Below are positions 28,314-38,475 of a DNA stretch of 64,000 bases, one piece after another; within the stretch, counting starts at the first letter, position 1, and every line of letters starts with the position of its first letter. Below the pieces are notes generated by a model. That model did no database searches and was not told the origin of the DNA. It saw nothing but the letters and a program-made list of their open reading frames with translations. The stretch is taken from assembly GCA_963705305.1 (NCBI GenBank), contig OY970067.1, forward strand, positions 3,648,001 through 3,712,000. The letters run 5' to 3'. The translations under genes and the position numbers were made by a program. Source of the DNA: an uncultured Methylomirabilota bacterium. Lineage in GTDB: Bacteria > Methylomirabilota > Methylomirabilia > Methylomirabilales > 2-02-FULL-66-22.

Positions 28314-28972
28314 CGGGACCGGGGGAGGCGGTCACGCGCGGAGCGCCGCGGTACGTTTCTCTGCACAAATCCGGACGGCGCCTCGCACCCCGACGCCGGT
28401 CGGTGTATGCTCTGCCGCAGAACGGTGGCGGACGGACTGGCACTGCCGGGGGCTTGGAGAAAGCGTTCGAGGATCTTCCAGGACGCCCGCACCGGTCAGA
28501 AGGGCCAGGTCGAGGCCGTTCGGGCCAAGCGAGCTGACCCCGCCTGTGGCCGCCCTGTCCCTTCCAAGCCTTCGCGTCATCCACGCTCAGCCACGCCATT
28601 CCGTCCTCTCACTCCGCGTCGAGCCGGGGGGCGGGGCATTTGGCGTGCGAGGAAGGGGTCGCCGCGGCGAGCGGGACCTGTGGGCCCGGCTGCACTTCGC
28701 GGCAAAACTTGCAGGTGAAAGGAGGGTGAGGAATGGCGCGGAGGTTTCAGGACCTCTCCGAACGTAGGAGAGAGCAGGAGTGAGACGGGTCCTGGCCCGG
28801 TGACGGAGGAACCTGGCACGCCAGGCCGGCCGGTGGCGATGTCCCAGCCGGATATCTCTACGCGTTCGAGACTAGCTCGGCCTCCGTCACGCGTTTCGCG
28901 CGTCGCCCACGTGAACGGCCCAGAACTTGAAGTATGCCCACGCGGAATCAGGGGTTCGACGGCCCCTTCCCG

Positions 28973-29440
28973 CTACGCGCTCTTGGCGTGCACGACCAGG
29001 TCGACCTCGCAGTCGAGGACGTTGAGCAGGCGGAGCATCTGATCGACGGACTTGGCGTAGTTCGTCTGGTCGAGGAGCCGGTACAACTGAGCGGGCGAGG
29101 TGCCGAGGCGGCGGATCAACTCCCGCTTGCTCAGCGGGCTCTCGGCGACTCGTCTCTGGGCCGCCAGCGTCAACCGGTAGACGAGCATGTCCCGCAGGTA
29201 CGAGGGGTCCTTGTTGTAATCCAGCACCTGCTCAACATGGACCGACGCCTCCGCTCCCGACCTCAGCCGGAACGTGAACGCCTCGTTCGCCAGCTCCGGG
29301 TCGACGAACACTTCGACCACGGGGTCGGTGCCGGACGGGCGAGGCTCGCACTTAGCGTACGGAAACCCGTGGGTCTGGCCGCGCACTTCGATCTCGAACG
29401 CCCTGCGCCGACCATTCGCGGTTGCCGACGTGATCTTCAC
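28973..29440 (-). CDS. putative antitoxin: DUF2442-like N-domain + XRE-type HTH
   Basis: C-terminal 'LSKRELIRRLGTSPAQLYRLLDQTNY' HTH; 4-nt overlap with the upstream small gene. Confidence 0.7.
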   Translation of the reverse strand: MKITSATANGRRRAFEIEVRGQTHGFPYAKCEPRPSGTDPVVEVFVDPELANEAFTFRLRSGAEASVHVEQVLDYNKDPSYLRDMLVYRLTLAAQRRVAESPLSKRELIRRLGTSPAQLYRLLDQTNYAKSVDQMLRLLNVLDCEVDLVVHAKSA

Positions 29441-29631
29441 AGCAGCCCCTCCGTTCGCAACTCGCGGATCAACCCGAGAACCCTCCGCGTTGGCTTGCCC
29501 TCCATGGCCTTCTTGTTATCGAGGTCCCACTTCACGACCAACCGCCCGTCGCGGTAGACGTAAACGTGCCGCGGGCTGTGGTCGCCTTTCCACGTGAGGA
29601 AGACAAAGCCGCCGCGTCGCAGCTTGCCCAT
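29437..29631 (-). CDS. small basic DUF4160/HicA-like putative toxin (64 aa)
   Basis: 'GGFVF..WKGDHSPRHVYV' resembles the DH.P.H.HV motif of DUF4160 proteins. Confidence 0.65.
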   Translation of the reverse strand: MGKLRRGGFVFLTWKGDHSPRHVYVYRDGRLVVKWDLDNKKAMEGKPTRRVLGLIRELRTEGLL

Positions 29632-29637
29632 GTATAA

Positions 29638-29666
29638 ACGTTACCATCCATGGTAACGCATGTCAA
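29638..29666 (-). promoter_or_regulatory. sigma70 promoter with palindromic operator; predicted leaderless start
   Basis: Minus strand TTGACA-N17-TAACGT. Perfect inverted repeat CGTTACCAT-CC-ATGGTAACG at 29639-29658. The ATG lies 7 nt after the -10. Confidence 0.75.
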
Positions 29667-29778
29667 GCCTACGCTGGGCGTCCGGTTTGGAGGGGCCCCG
29701 GAGCGCAGCGTAGGGGTACCTGCCGCACGCGCGGTCGGGCGTCGTGCGGGGCGCGCCTCAGGGGTCGGCTACGAAAGG

Positions 29779-29881
29779 AAACGGACAACAGCCAACCGAC
29801 GACCGGCTAACTGTCCGGCCATACAGTACCGGTCGCCGGTTTTCCATTGTCGGTTGTCGGTTTTGCGTTCTCGGTCGTCGG
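29779..29881. repeat. heptamer-based palindromic element downstream of the oxidase operon
   Basis: AACGGAC/AACCGAC units, then inverted GGTTTTCCATTGTCGGTTGTCGGTTTTGC. Confidence 0.65.
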
Positions 29882-29891
29882 CGGGCGGCAC

Positions 29892-30218
29892 CTACCCTCC
29901 CCAGGGGGGTGGGACGGGGAGCCACTGGCGGGTGAGGATGTCACTCATGGTGAGGGTGATGAGGATGAGCATCCAGAACACCCCGGCGCCCACGAAGACC
30001 CAGGTGAGGCGGCTGCCGTAGCGGACGTGCATGAAGTAGAGCACGACCAGGAGGGCCTTGGCCACGGCAATGCTGATGGCGGCGAAGGCGTTCATAAGGT
30101 GCAGGCGGCCGCCCCCCAGGTCGAAGAAGGAGATGCCGACGGTCAGGGCGGTGAGCGCAAGCAGCCCGGCGAACACCGAGGCGTACAGCCGGATGGGAAG
30201 GACGGGATGCTGATTCAT
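29892..30218 (-). CDS. ctaF: cytochrome c oxidase subunit IV
   Basis: 'LLALTALTV', 'IAVAKALLVVLYFMHVRY'. Start ATG 30218. Confidence 0.88.
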   Translation of the reverse strand: MNQHPVLPIRLYASVFAGLLALTALTVGISFFDLGGGRLHLMNAFAAISIAVAKALLVVLYFMHVRYGSRLTWVFVGAGVFWMLILITLTMSDILTRQWLPVPPPWGG

Positions 30219-30862
30219 GCGTGTCGCGCCACCAGGTAAAGGGTTGGGAACAGGAAGATCCACACGATGTCGACGAAATGCCAGTACAGGCCCAGGATCT
30301 CGACGGGGGTGTAGTAGTCGGGGCTGAACCTGCCCTGCCACGAATGGAGCATGGTCACCAGGACGATGCCGATCCCCACCACCATGTGCAAGGCGTGCAA
30401 CCCGGTCATGATGAAGTAGAAGGAGAGGAAGAGCTGCACCGCGGCGGCGTAGGGGCCCGTATAGGCGAAGGCGGGGCCGGGCACCAGGTGGTCCTCGAAT
30501 TTGTGGGTGTACTCGAGGCCCTTGATCCCCAGGAATGCCAGGCCGAGGATCATCGTCACCCCCAGGAACAGAAGCAGCCGGTTCCGGTTCCCGAGCTGGG
30601 CGTTTCGCACGGCCATGGCCATGGTGAAGCTGCTGGCGATGAGGACGGCGGTGTTGGTGCTGCCGAGGGTCAGGTCGGTCAGCTTGCTCCCCAGACCGAA
30701 GCCCACCGGATAGCTGACGACGTAGATGAAGAAACCGGTGAACAGCCCCCCGAAGAACATCACTTCGGTGATCAGGAAGACCCACATGCCGATGGTGGAG
30801 GCCTCCCTCTGCTGCTCCATGTCGTGAAAGTGATGCCGGAGCGGAACGGACGTCTCAGTCAC
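30215..30862 (-). CDS. ctaE: cytochrome c oxidase subunit III
   Basis: '[17 protein letters not shown]', 'NTAVLIASS', 'MTGLHALH', '[16 protein letters not shown]'. Confidence 0.95.
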   Translation of the reverse strand: MTETSVPLRHHFHDMEQQREASTIGMWVFLITEVMFFGGLFTGFFIYVVSYPVGFGLGSKLTDLTLGSTNTAVLIASSFTMAMAVRNAQLGNRNRLLLFLGVTMILGLAFLGIKGLEYTHKFEDHLVPGPAFAYTGPYAAAVQLFLSFYFIMTGLHALHMVVGIGIVLVTMLHSWQGRFSPDYYTPVEILGLYWHFVDIVWIFLFPTLYLVARHA

Positions 30863-32480
30863 CGTGCGCCTCCGCAGGAGCGGGGCCGTATGCGTAGGCC
30901 TCCTCCTTCACCAGTGGGATGTCCTCGAAATTGTCCGTCGGCGGCGGGGAGGGCGTCGTCCACTCCAGCCCCGTGGCCTTCCACGGGTTGGCGCCGGCCG
31001 CCCGCCCGTACTTCAGGGACCAGAGGAGGTAGACGACGGGCATGATGTAGCCCAGCCCCAGGATGGTCGCCCCCGCCGTGGAGAGGACGTTCAGGGTCTG
31101 AAATTCGGGCGGATACATGTGGTAGCGGCGAGGCATACCCAGGAATCCCAGGATGAACTGGGGGAGAAACGTCAGGTTGAACCCGACGAACAGAATCAGT
31201 GCCGCCGCCCGCGACCACCCCTCCGGATAGAGCTTTCCCGTCATTTTCGGCCACCAGAAATGGAGCGCGCCGAGATAGCCCATGATGGCCCCCCCCACCA
31301 TGATGTAGTGGAAGTGGGCCACGACGAAATAGGTGTCGTGCAGCTGGACGTCCGCCGCCAGGCTGGCCAGGAACAGGCCGGTCAGCCCCCCGATGGTGAA
31401 CAGGCCGATGAATCCCAGGGCGTAGAGCATGGGTGCGTCCAAAGAGATGGAGCCCTTGTACATGGTGGCCGTCCAGTTGAAGACCTTCACCGCCGAGGGG
31501 ATAGCCACCAGGAAGCTGAGGAAGGAGAAGATCATGCCGGCATAGACCGATTGCCCGCTGACGAACATGTGGTGGCCCCAGACCAGGAAGCCGATGACGG
31601 CGATGGCCAGGCTGGAAACCGCGACGAACTCGTAGCCGAAGATCCGCCGTCTGGAGAAGCAGGCGATGAGCTCGCTCTCCACCCCCATGGCGGGCAGGAT
31701 CATGATGTAGACCGCGGGATGGGAGTAGAACCAGAACAGGTGCTGGAAGAGGAGCGGGTCCCCGCCCAGCGACGGGTCGAAGATGCCGAGGTGCAGCACA
31801 CGCTCGACCCCCACCGCCAGCAGGGTGACGGCCAGGACGGGGGTGCCCAGCACCATGATGATGCTGGTGGCGTAGTGGGCCCAGATGAAGAGCGGCAGGC
31901 GCGACCAGGTCATGCCGGGGGCCCGCATCTTGTGGATCGTGACGATGAAGTTCAATCCCGTGAGGATGGAGGAGAAGCCGGTGATGAAGACCCCCAGCAC
32001 CGTGGGCACGACGTTGCTGGTGGAATACAGACTGCTGAAGGGGGTGTAGAAGGTCCAGCCGGTGTCCACGCCGCCCATGGCCATGGCCAGGATGGTGAAG
32101 GAGCCGCCCAGGATGTAGATGTACCAGCTCAGCAGGTTGATCCGGGGGAAGGCCAGGTCCCGCGCCCCGATCATCATGGGGACCAGGAAGTTGCCGAACA
32201 CGGCCGGGATGGATGGGATCAGGAAGAAGAAGATCATGGTGATGCCGTGCATGGTGAAGGCCTTGTTATAGGTCTCCGCCTGCACGAGGTCCCCGTAGGG
32301 GCTGAGAAGATTGAGGCGAACCAGCCCGGCGAAGAAGCCGCCTATGAGGAAGAAAACGGTGATGGAAATCAGGTACAGGATGGCGATCCGCTTGTGGTCC
32401 GTGGTCAACAGCCAGGACCGGATGCTGTAGTCGGCGTTCAAATAGTTGGTGCGCTCTTCGACCGCTGCTGTGCTCATCAC
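30855..32480 (-). CDS. ctaD: cytochrome c oxidase subunit I (A2 type)
   Basis: 'TTDHKRI', 'TMHG', 'GWTFYTP', '[10 protein letters not shown]' (YS motif indicates A2), 'VWGHHM', '[12 protein letters not shown]', 'GMPRRY'. Confidence 0.97.
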   Translation of the reverse strand: MMSTAAVEERTNYLNADYSIRSWLLTTDHKRIAILYLISITVFFLIGGFFAGLVRLNLLSPYGDLVQAETYNKAFTMHGITMIFFFLIPSIPAVFGNFLVPMMIGARDLAFPRINLLSWYIYILGGSFTILAMAMGGVDTGWTFYTPFSSLYSTSNVVPTVLGVFITGFSSILTGLNFIVTIHKMRAPGMTWSRLPLFIWAHYATSIIMVLGTPVLAVTLLAVGVERVLHLGIFDPSLGGDPLLFQHLFWFYSHPAVYIMILPAMGVESELIACFSRRRIFGYEFVAVSSLAIAVIGFLVWGHHMFVSGQSVYAGMIFSFLSFLVAIPSAVKVFNWTATMYKGSISLDAPMLYALGFIGLFTIGGLTGLFLASLAADVQLHDTYFVVAHFHYIMVGGAIMGYLGALHFWWPKMTGKLYPEGWSRAAALILFVGFNLTFLPQFILGFLGMPRRYHMYPPEFQTLNVLSTAGATILGLGYIMPVVYLLWSLKYGRAAGANPWKATGLEWTTPSPPPTDNFEDIPLVKEEAYAYGPAPAEAHGD

Positions 32481-33439
32481 TGGGCCTGCGCCTTCTGTTC
32501 GGTGCTCAACGACTTAATGTAGGCGATCAGATTGAGCAGGCCGTCCTCGCTGATCAGGCCCTTGAAGGTGGGCATGATGGGGGGGTAGCCGGCGACAATC
32601 TTCGCCTGGGGATACAGGATGGACTCGCGGATGTACGCTTCGTCCGCGGTGACCGTCCGGCCGTCCTGCAGCTTGACCGCCTTTCCGTAGACGCCCACCA
32701 GGGAGGGGCCGCGGCCCGTGGCCTGGGCTTGGTGGCAGGCGGGGCATCCCAGCTGGGTAAACAATCGCTCGCCGGCGACGGCCGGCGACTCGACCCCGGT
32801 GGCGGCGCCGCGAAGCCACGCCTCGTACTGGTCTTCGGGCATCACGATGATCCGCCCGGTCATGGAGGCGTGGCCGGTGCCGCAGTACTGGCTGCAGAAC
32901 AGATGGTACTCGCCGGGCTTGGTCGCCTGGAACCAGGCCGTGGAGTAGCGGCCCGGCACCACGTCCTTCTTGATGCGGAAGGCCGGGACGAAGAAGCTGT
33001 GGATCACGTCCTCCAACGTCATGGTGAGCTTGACCGGCCGCCCCACCGGGACGTGCAGCTCGTTGATCTCCCGATTCCCCTCGGAGTGCTGGAGCTTCCA
33101 CATCCACTGCTTTCCCACCACGAAGATGTCGATGGCATTGTTCGGCGGGTTGGACAGGGTGAAGTACAGACCGGCCGCCCAGAAGAAGATGACCAGGGCG
33201 ATGCCGAGCGGGATGATGGTCCAGGCCAGCTCCAGGCCGAGCGAGCCGTGGATCTGCCGCGGCTGCTCGTCGTCGCTCTTGCGCCGGTACTTGGTCGCGA
33301 AGATGAAAATCAGGAGAAAGATCACCCCGGCGAAGAACGCGCTGACGGCGATCAGGAACAGCAGCAGCGCGTCCACCGGGCCGGCGACCGTGGAGGCTTC
33401 CGTGGGGAAGAAGGGGACCCAGGAGGTGAAGTTGGGCAT
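32477..33439 (-). CDS. ctaC: cytochrome c oxidase subunit II with C-terminal cytochrome c (caa3 type)
   Basis: 'LELAWTIIP', 'QWMW', CuA site 'DVIHSF...[12 protein letters not shown]', heme motif CPACH. Confidence 0.95.
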   Translation of the reverse strand: MPNFTSWVPFFPTEASTVAGPVDALLLFLIAVSAFFAGVIFLLIFIFATKYRRKSDDEQPRQIHGSLGLELAWTIIPLGIALVIFFWAAGLYFTLSNPPNNAIDIFVVGKQWMWKLQHSEGNREINELHVPVGRPVKLTMTLEDVIHSFFVPAFRIKKDVVPGRYSTAWFQATKPGEYHLFCSQYCGTGHASMTGRIIVMPEDQYEAWLRGAATGVESPAVAGERLFTQLGCPACHQAQATGRGPSLVGVYGKAVKLQDGRTVTADEAYIRESILYPQAKIVAGYPPIMPTFKGLISEDGLLNLIAYIKSLSTEQKAQAQ

Positions 33440-33443
33440 GGGC

Positions 33444-34316
33444 TTACCGGGCCTCCCGCGCCCTCAGGTCCGTCCGGCGGTCCCGTCGCAGCATGATGAA
33501 GACGAACGTCCCCAGGATCAGGATCGTCACCAGGCCGGCCAGCCGGATGGCGTTCATGACCACCAGGCCGTAGGTCCCGGTCAATGGATCGTAGTGGTAG
33601 CAGTAGAGCAGGACCTGGTCGATGGGGGTGCCGATCTTGTTGGCCGACGCCTCGATGAGGCCGAGGCGGAGATCCCGCGGCGAGTAGTCGATTCCGTAGA
33701 AGTAGCGGGCGATCTTCCCCTGGGGCGTAATGATCAGGATGCCGGCGGCGTGGGCGAACTGGTCCGTCTTGGCGTCGTAGGCATATCGGAACCCCACCGC
33801 CTCGGTCAGCCGGTGGATCTGATCCTCATTGCCGGTCAGGAAGTGCCAGCCGGCGGCCGCCCCGGGGCGACCGTACTGCTTGACGTAGCGGGCCTTCTCC
33901 GCCGCGGCCTCCGGGACCCCGTCCCGGGGATCGAAGCTGACCGTCAGGATGGAGAATTCTTTGCCGAGGTCGAAGGTCACGGGGTGCAGGCCGCGGACCA
34001 GGCCGTCCAAAATCATGGGGCAGAGGGTCCGGCAGCGGAAGTACACCAGGGACAGGATGACGGGCTTCTGGCCAAAGTACCGCCCGAGCGTCACCGTCCG
34101 CCCCGTCTCGTCCCGCATGGTGATGTCCGGCGGGATGGGCTGATTCACCCGCTGATCGAAGGCCACCCCGGCAAGGACGCCCGGGAGCGCCTCGCGGGCT
34201 GCGGCCGACGGTGTCGCCGGCACGGCCGCGGCCAGGACCGCGAGCGCCAAGATCGGCCAGGCCCGATGCATTGCCATCCGAATCCTCCGTCCTCCCGGCG
34301 CACCCGCCGCCATCAT
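33444..34316 (-). CDS. SCO1/SenC copper chaperone
   Basis: 'YFRCRTLCP' CxxxC, 'VSFDPRD', 'WHFLTG', 'QFAH', 'YCYHYDP'. Start approximate. Confidence 0.9.
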   Translation of the reverse strand: MMAAGAPGGRRIRMAMHRAWPILALAVLAAAVPATPSAAAREALPGVLAGVAFDQRVNQPIPPDITMRDETGRTVTLGRYFGQKPVILSLVYFRCRTLCPMILDGLVRGLHPVTFDLGKEFSILTVSFDPRDGVPEAAAEKARYVKQYGRPGAAAGWHFLTGNEDQIHRLTEAVGFRYAYDAKTDQFAHAAGILIITPQGKIARYFYGIDYSPRDLRLGLIEASANKIGTPIDQVLLYCYHYDPLTGTYGLVVMNAIRLAGLVTILILGTFVFIMLRRDRRTDLRAREAR

Positions 34317-34741
34317 CACTTGCCCGTTCCCGCCGCCGGCGACTTCGCCGGGGGTGCGGGCGAGCCCCGCTCCACCAGAAGCTGCATGGCCCGATCGATG
34401 GGGATGTGCACGGTCCCGGCCTGCCGGTTCATCCACCCGTAGCTGTGGAGCAGGCCATCCTCTTCTGCGCGAAACTCGCGGAGGTCCCTGGGGGCATTCA
34501 CCTGCAGCCGCGGCCCCTGGGGAGCCTCCTGCCGGAAGAGTGCGGACGGGCTCGCTCCCGTCCGCGCGGCCTCGTGGGCCGAGTACCAGAAGAACAGGTA
34601 CGCCACCAGGATCCCCAGGCCGATGGCGGCGGCCACCAGGATCCCGAACAGGCCGATGGCCCGGGGACTGGAATCCCGCGCCTCGTAACCGCCGCCCGGC
34701 GGTTCGGGCTGCCCGCCGGTGTGCCGTGTCTCGGCCGTCAT
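34316..34741 (-). CDS. single-TM accessory protein in the ActG position
   Basis: 'GYEARD', TM segment, 'PRLQ..P..DL', 'YGWMN...VHIPIDRAM'; typical of ACIII-cox clusters. Confidence 0.75.
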   Translation of the reverse strand: MTAETRHTGGQPEPPGGGYEARDSSPRAIGLFGILVAAAIGLGILVAYLFFWYSAHEAARTGASPSALFRQEAPQGPRLQVNAPRDLREFRAEEDGLLHSYGWMNRQAGTVHIPIDRAMQLLVERGSPAPPAKSPAAGTGK

Positions 34742-35925
34742 GATTCCGCCCCGTGGGCATGCATGCCCACGCGCTCGACGCGGGGATCGTTGAGGGGCAA
34801 GAGCGGGTGCCTGCCCAGGTGCGTCAGGAAGGCCCAGAGCCAGATCCCCCCCAGACCCGCCAGGCTCAGCAGATCCATGCCGTGGAGGGTGAAGCCCGTG
34901 GGCGAGAAGGCCGGCACCACCAGCCAGAAGACGTCCACCGTCCGCATCACCAGGATCCCGCCCGCCACCATCGCCAGGAGCGCCGCGTGCGTCTTGGTGG
35001 TGCGCGAGAGGAGCAGCAGGAAGGGTAGGACGAACATGAATCCGAAGAGGAGCAGCACCAGGACCGACCAGCCCCCGGCGATCCGGTGGAGGTACCAGGG
35101 GATCTCCTCGGTCAAGTTCTCGGCCCACACGATCAGGAACTGCGAGAAGTTCAAATAGGTCCAGAGCATGACGAAGGCCAGCAGGAGGTTGCCCAGGTCG
35201 TGGAACTGGTTGGGGGTCAGAACGTCCGACATGGGCCCCCGGCGGGCCAGCAGATAGGCGGCGACGATCATGCCGGCCAGCCCCGTGATGGCGAAGCCGA
35301 CCATGTACATCATCCCGTAGATGGTGGAGTACCAGTGCGGCTCCAGAGACATCACCCAGTCGATGGCGGCGAAGGTCACGGTCAGGCCGTACAGGACGAG
35401 CCCCGGCCCGCTGATCACCTTCAGCCGCCGGAGCATCGAGGCGTCACCCGTCCGATCCCGCTCCAGCGACCACTTGACGAGGTAGTGCGCGCAGGCGATC
35501 CAGAGGGTGAAGTAGACGGCCGCCCGCAGGACGAAGAAGCCGGCATTCAGGTAGGGCTGCTTCGCCCGCAGGACCGCGTCGGCCGCCAGGGCCGCCGGCT
35601 GCGCCCAGGCGTACAGGCTGTGGATGCCCAGGAGGAGAGGCAGGAACAGGAGCGCCATGAACGGGAGGGTCCGGCTGCCCGCCTCCAGGGGCCGCTGGAT
35701 GACGAAGCCCCACGCCGCCTGGACCAGGTGCTGGAGCATCAGGATGGCCAGGCAGCCCAGTGGCAGCCCCAGCCAGAGCACGTAGGCGAAGAGGTACGAG
35801 CGGAAGAACTGCGCCGGGTTGAGGGTCCCCCACAGCCCGCACACGAGCAGGGCCGCCAGGCCGACGCCCAGCGCGCGGGTCCGGACGCGATCGAGCGGAG
35901 GGAGCCGAAGGTCGGATGCGTTCAT
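34738..35925 (-). CDS. actF: alternative complex III subunit ActF
   Basis: From 'MNASDL': 'FFRSYL', 'DWVMSLEPHWYSTIYG', 'HDLGNLL', 'FSQFLIVW..NL.EEIPWY'. Reads in frame with actE in this sequence. Confidence 0.88.
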   Translation of the reverse strand: MNASDLRLPPLDRVRTRALGVGLAALLVCGLWGTLNPAQFFRSYLFAYVLWLGLPLGCLAILMLQHLVQAAWGFVIQRPLEAGSRTLPFMALLFLPLLLGIHSLYAWAQPAALAADAVLRAKQPYLNAGFFVLRAAVYFTLWIACAHYLVKWSLERDRTGDASMLRRLKVISGPGLVLYGLTVTFAAIDWVMSLEPHWYSTIYGMMYMVGFAITGLAGMIVAAYLLARRGPMSDVLTPNQFHDLGNLLLAFVMLWTYLNFSQFLIVWAENLTEEIPWYLHRIAGGWSVLVLLLFGFMFVLPFLLLLSRTTKTHAALLAMVAGGILVMRTVDVFWLVVPAFSPTGFTLHGMDLLSLAGLGGIWLWAFLTHLGRHPLLPLNDPRVERVGMHAHGAES

Positions 35926-36549
35926 GGCTTCTGGGCCTCGAGCTTCTGCCGCTCCGCCGGTGGGAACGTCCGCCACGGGGGCATTCTGGCTGAGCTGCAG
36001 CGCCCGGATATAGGCGGCGATGGCCCAGCGATCCTCCGCCGGAACCTGGGCGGCATACGAGGGCATGACCCCGAAGCCGCGCGTCGGCACCTCGAAGAAG
36101 TGGCCGATGGGCGCCTGTCGCAGCCGGTCAATATGGTAGGAGGGGGGATGCTGGAATCCGCGCTGCACGATCATCCCGTTGCCGTATCCCGTCCGATCGT
36201 GGCAGGGCGAACAGAAGACGTTGAACCGTTCTTGCCCCCGCTCCAGGAGCTTCAGCGTGAGCGGCACCGGAAGCGCGGTCACCAGCTGGCCGTTCACCCG
36301 GCCGGTGTAGAAGGCCGAATCGGCCTCCAGGTGTCCGCGCGCGACGGTGCCGGGCACCTCGGGACGGGCCGAGCGCTCGTCGCCGAAGAAGGTGGTCTGC
36401 GACAGCGGCCGGTACCGGTACTCGGACTGATCGGCCATTTGCTGCTGGCAAGCCGCTGCGGCAAGGGCCAGGAGCACCAGCCCGGCCCCGACCAAGGCTC
36501 GCCGGCCGGCGCCTTGCGTTCGTTCAGTGCGCAATGTCGTACACCCCAT
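35922..36549 (-). CDS. actE: alternative complex III monoheme lipoprotein ActE (probable +1 frameshift near the 3' end)
   Basis: Lipobox LAAAAC, 'PGTVARG', CSPCH, 'MPSYA', 'DRWAIAAYIRALQLSQ'. A native-looking end PPAERQKLEAQKP* lies in another frame. Confidence 0.85.
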
Positions 36550-37063
36550 GCGATCCCGTGCCCTCCAGAAACCGTCGGGTCTCCTCGCGGTCGAACCGGG
36601 GGTCCCTGGCCTCGATGCACAGGAAGAAGCGGCTCCGGCTGGCCATCTCGAATTGCGGGACGTTGAAGACGGGGTGGTAGGGCATGGGCAGGCCGTTCAA
36701 GGCCAGCATGCCGAGCACCGCCGTCAGGGCGGCCAGCAGGATCGTGAGCTCGAACGTCACCGGGATGAAGGACGGCCAGCTGTTGTAGGGGCGGCCGCCG
36801 ACATTGATCGGGTAGTTGATCACGTGGATCCAGTACTGCATGAAGAAGCCGCCCAGACAGCCGGCGATCCCGCCCAGGAGCACCAGCAGGGGCACCCCGG
36901 TGCGGCGTAGACCCAGCGCCTCCGGCAGCCCTTCGACGGGAAGGGGCGTGAACGCATCCAGCCGCCGGAAGCCGGCCTCCCGCGCGCGGCGGACGGCGGC
37001 CAGCAGGGCCTCCGTCGAGGTGTATTCGGCCAGCAGGCCGTAGGTGGGCGGCGTGCCGCTCAT
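36524..37063 (-). CDS. actD: alternative complex III subunit ActD (DUF3341)
   Basis: 'YGLLAEY', 'DAFTPLPVEGL', 'YPINVGGRP..SWPSFIPVTFELTIL'. Confidence 0.92.
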   Translation of the reverse strand: MSGTPPTYGLLAEYTSTEALLAAVRRAREAGFRRLDAFTPLPVEGLPEALGLRRTGVPLLVLLGGIAGCLGGFFMQYWIHVINYPINVGGRPYNSWPSFIPVTFELTILLAALTAVLGMLALNGLPMPYHPVFNVPQFEMASRSRFFLCIEARDPRFDREETRRFLEGTGSHGVYDIAH

Positions 37064-37088
37064 GGCGTCTCCTCCGGCGCGGCGGGGG

Positions 37089-38471
37089 TCATGCCGCCCC
37101 CTCGTCCGTCTTGGACACCAGCCCGCGCAGCTCGAAGATGGAGATCATGGGCAGGACCCGGATGAACAGGAACATCAGGGCCAGGAACAGCCCCAGCGAG
37201 CCGAAGAGCACGCCCCAGTCCCAGATGGTGGGGCTGTACATCCCCCAGGCCGACGGCATGAAGTCGCGGTGGAGGCTCACCACGATGATGACGAACCGCT
37301 CCAGCCACATGCCGATGTTCACCAGGATCGACACCACGAAGAGGGTTACGACGCTCTCCCGGGCCTTCCGCCACCAGAGCACCTGCACGGCCAGGACGTT
37401 CACCAGCATCAGCAGCCAGAAGGTCCACCAGTAGGGGCCGAACATCCGGTTCAGTGCCAGGTACTGCTCGAAGATGTTCTGGCTGTACCAGCCGGTGAAG
37501 GTCTCCATCAGGTAGCCGTAGGCGACGATCATGCCGGTGGCCAGCATGACCTCGCCCATGTGCCGGAGGTGTCGGAGGGTGATGAAGTCCTCCAGGCCGT
37601 AGATCTTCCGGATGGGGATGGCCAGGGTGAGCACCATGGCGAAGCCGGAGTAGATGGCCCCGGCCACGAAGTAGGGCGGGAAGATGGTCGAGTGCCAGCC
37701 GGGAAGGAGCCCGATGGAGAAATCGAAGCTGACCACGGTGTGGACGGAGACGACCAGGGGGGTGGCCAGGCCCGCAAGCAGGAGATACGCCATCTCGTAG
37801 CGGAACCAGTGGGTCGCCGAGCCGCGCCAGCCCATGGACAGGATGCCGTAGATGAGCTTCACCCACCAGTTCTTGGCCCGATCGCGCAGGGTGGCCAGAT
37901 CGGGGAGCAGGCCCACGTACCAGAACAGCAGCGACACGGTGAAGTAGGTGGAGACGGCGAACACGTCCCAGACCAGGGGGCTGCGGAACTGCGGCCACAC
38001 GCCCATGGTGGTGGGGTAGGGGAACAGCCAGTAGAAGAACCAGGGCCGCCCCAGGTGGAGCATCGGGAACAGGCCGGCGCAGGCCACCGCGAAGAGCGTC
38101 ATGGCCTCGGCGAACCGGTTGATGGATTGTCGCCACTTCTGGCGGAGCAAAAGCAAGATGGCCGAGATCAGGGTGCCGGCGTGGCCGATCCCGATCCACC
38201 AGACGAAGTTCACGATGGCAAAGCCCCAGCCGATGGGGATGTTGATCCCCCACACCCCCACCCCCATCCAGAACAGGTAGGTCGCGCTGACCAGAAGCAC
38301 CATCAAAAGCACGAAGCCGACACCGAAGCCCACGTACCAGGAGCGGGGGGTGGGTTGGGTCAGGACGATGGCGCTGATCTTGTCGGTGATGGACGCGTAG
38401 CTGTGGCCCGGCCCGATGACGGGTCCGCCCTCGTCCACGGCCTGGCGCGGCTCCTCGCTGACAGGGGACAT
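37089..38471 (-). CDS. actC: alternative complex III NrfD-like subunit ActC
   Basis: 'NFVWWIGIGHAGTLISAIL', 'NRFAEAMT', 'HLGRPW', 'SPLVWD', 'SVHTVVSFDF', 'GMWLERFVI'. Confidence 0.95.
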   Translation of the reverse strand: MSPVSEEPRQAVDEGGPVIGPGHSYASITDKISAIVLTQPTPRSWYVGFGVGFVLLMVLLVSATYLFWMGVGVWGINIPIGWGFAIVNFVWWIGIGHAGTLISAILLLLRQKWRQSINRFAEAMTLFAVACAGLFPMLHLGRPWFFYWLFPYPTTMGVWPQFRSPLVWDVFAVSTYFTVSLLFWYVGLLPDLATLRDRAKNWWVKLIYGILSMGWRGSATHWFRYEMAYLLLAGLATPLVVSVHTVVSFDFSIGLLPGWHSTIFPPYFVAGAIYSGFAMVLTLAIPIRKIYGLEDFITLRHLRHMGEVMLATGMIVAYGYLMETFTGWYSQNIFEQYLALNRMFGPYWWTFWLLMLVNVLAVQVLWWRKARESVVTLFVVSILVNIGMWLERFVIIVVSLHRDFMPSAWGMYSPTIWDWGVLFGSLGLFLALMFLFIRVLPMISIFELRGLVSKTDEGAA

Positions 38472-38475
38472 GCGG

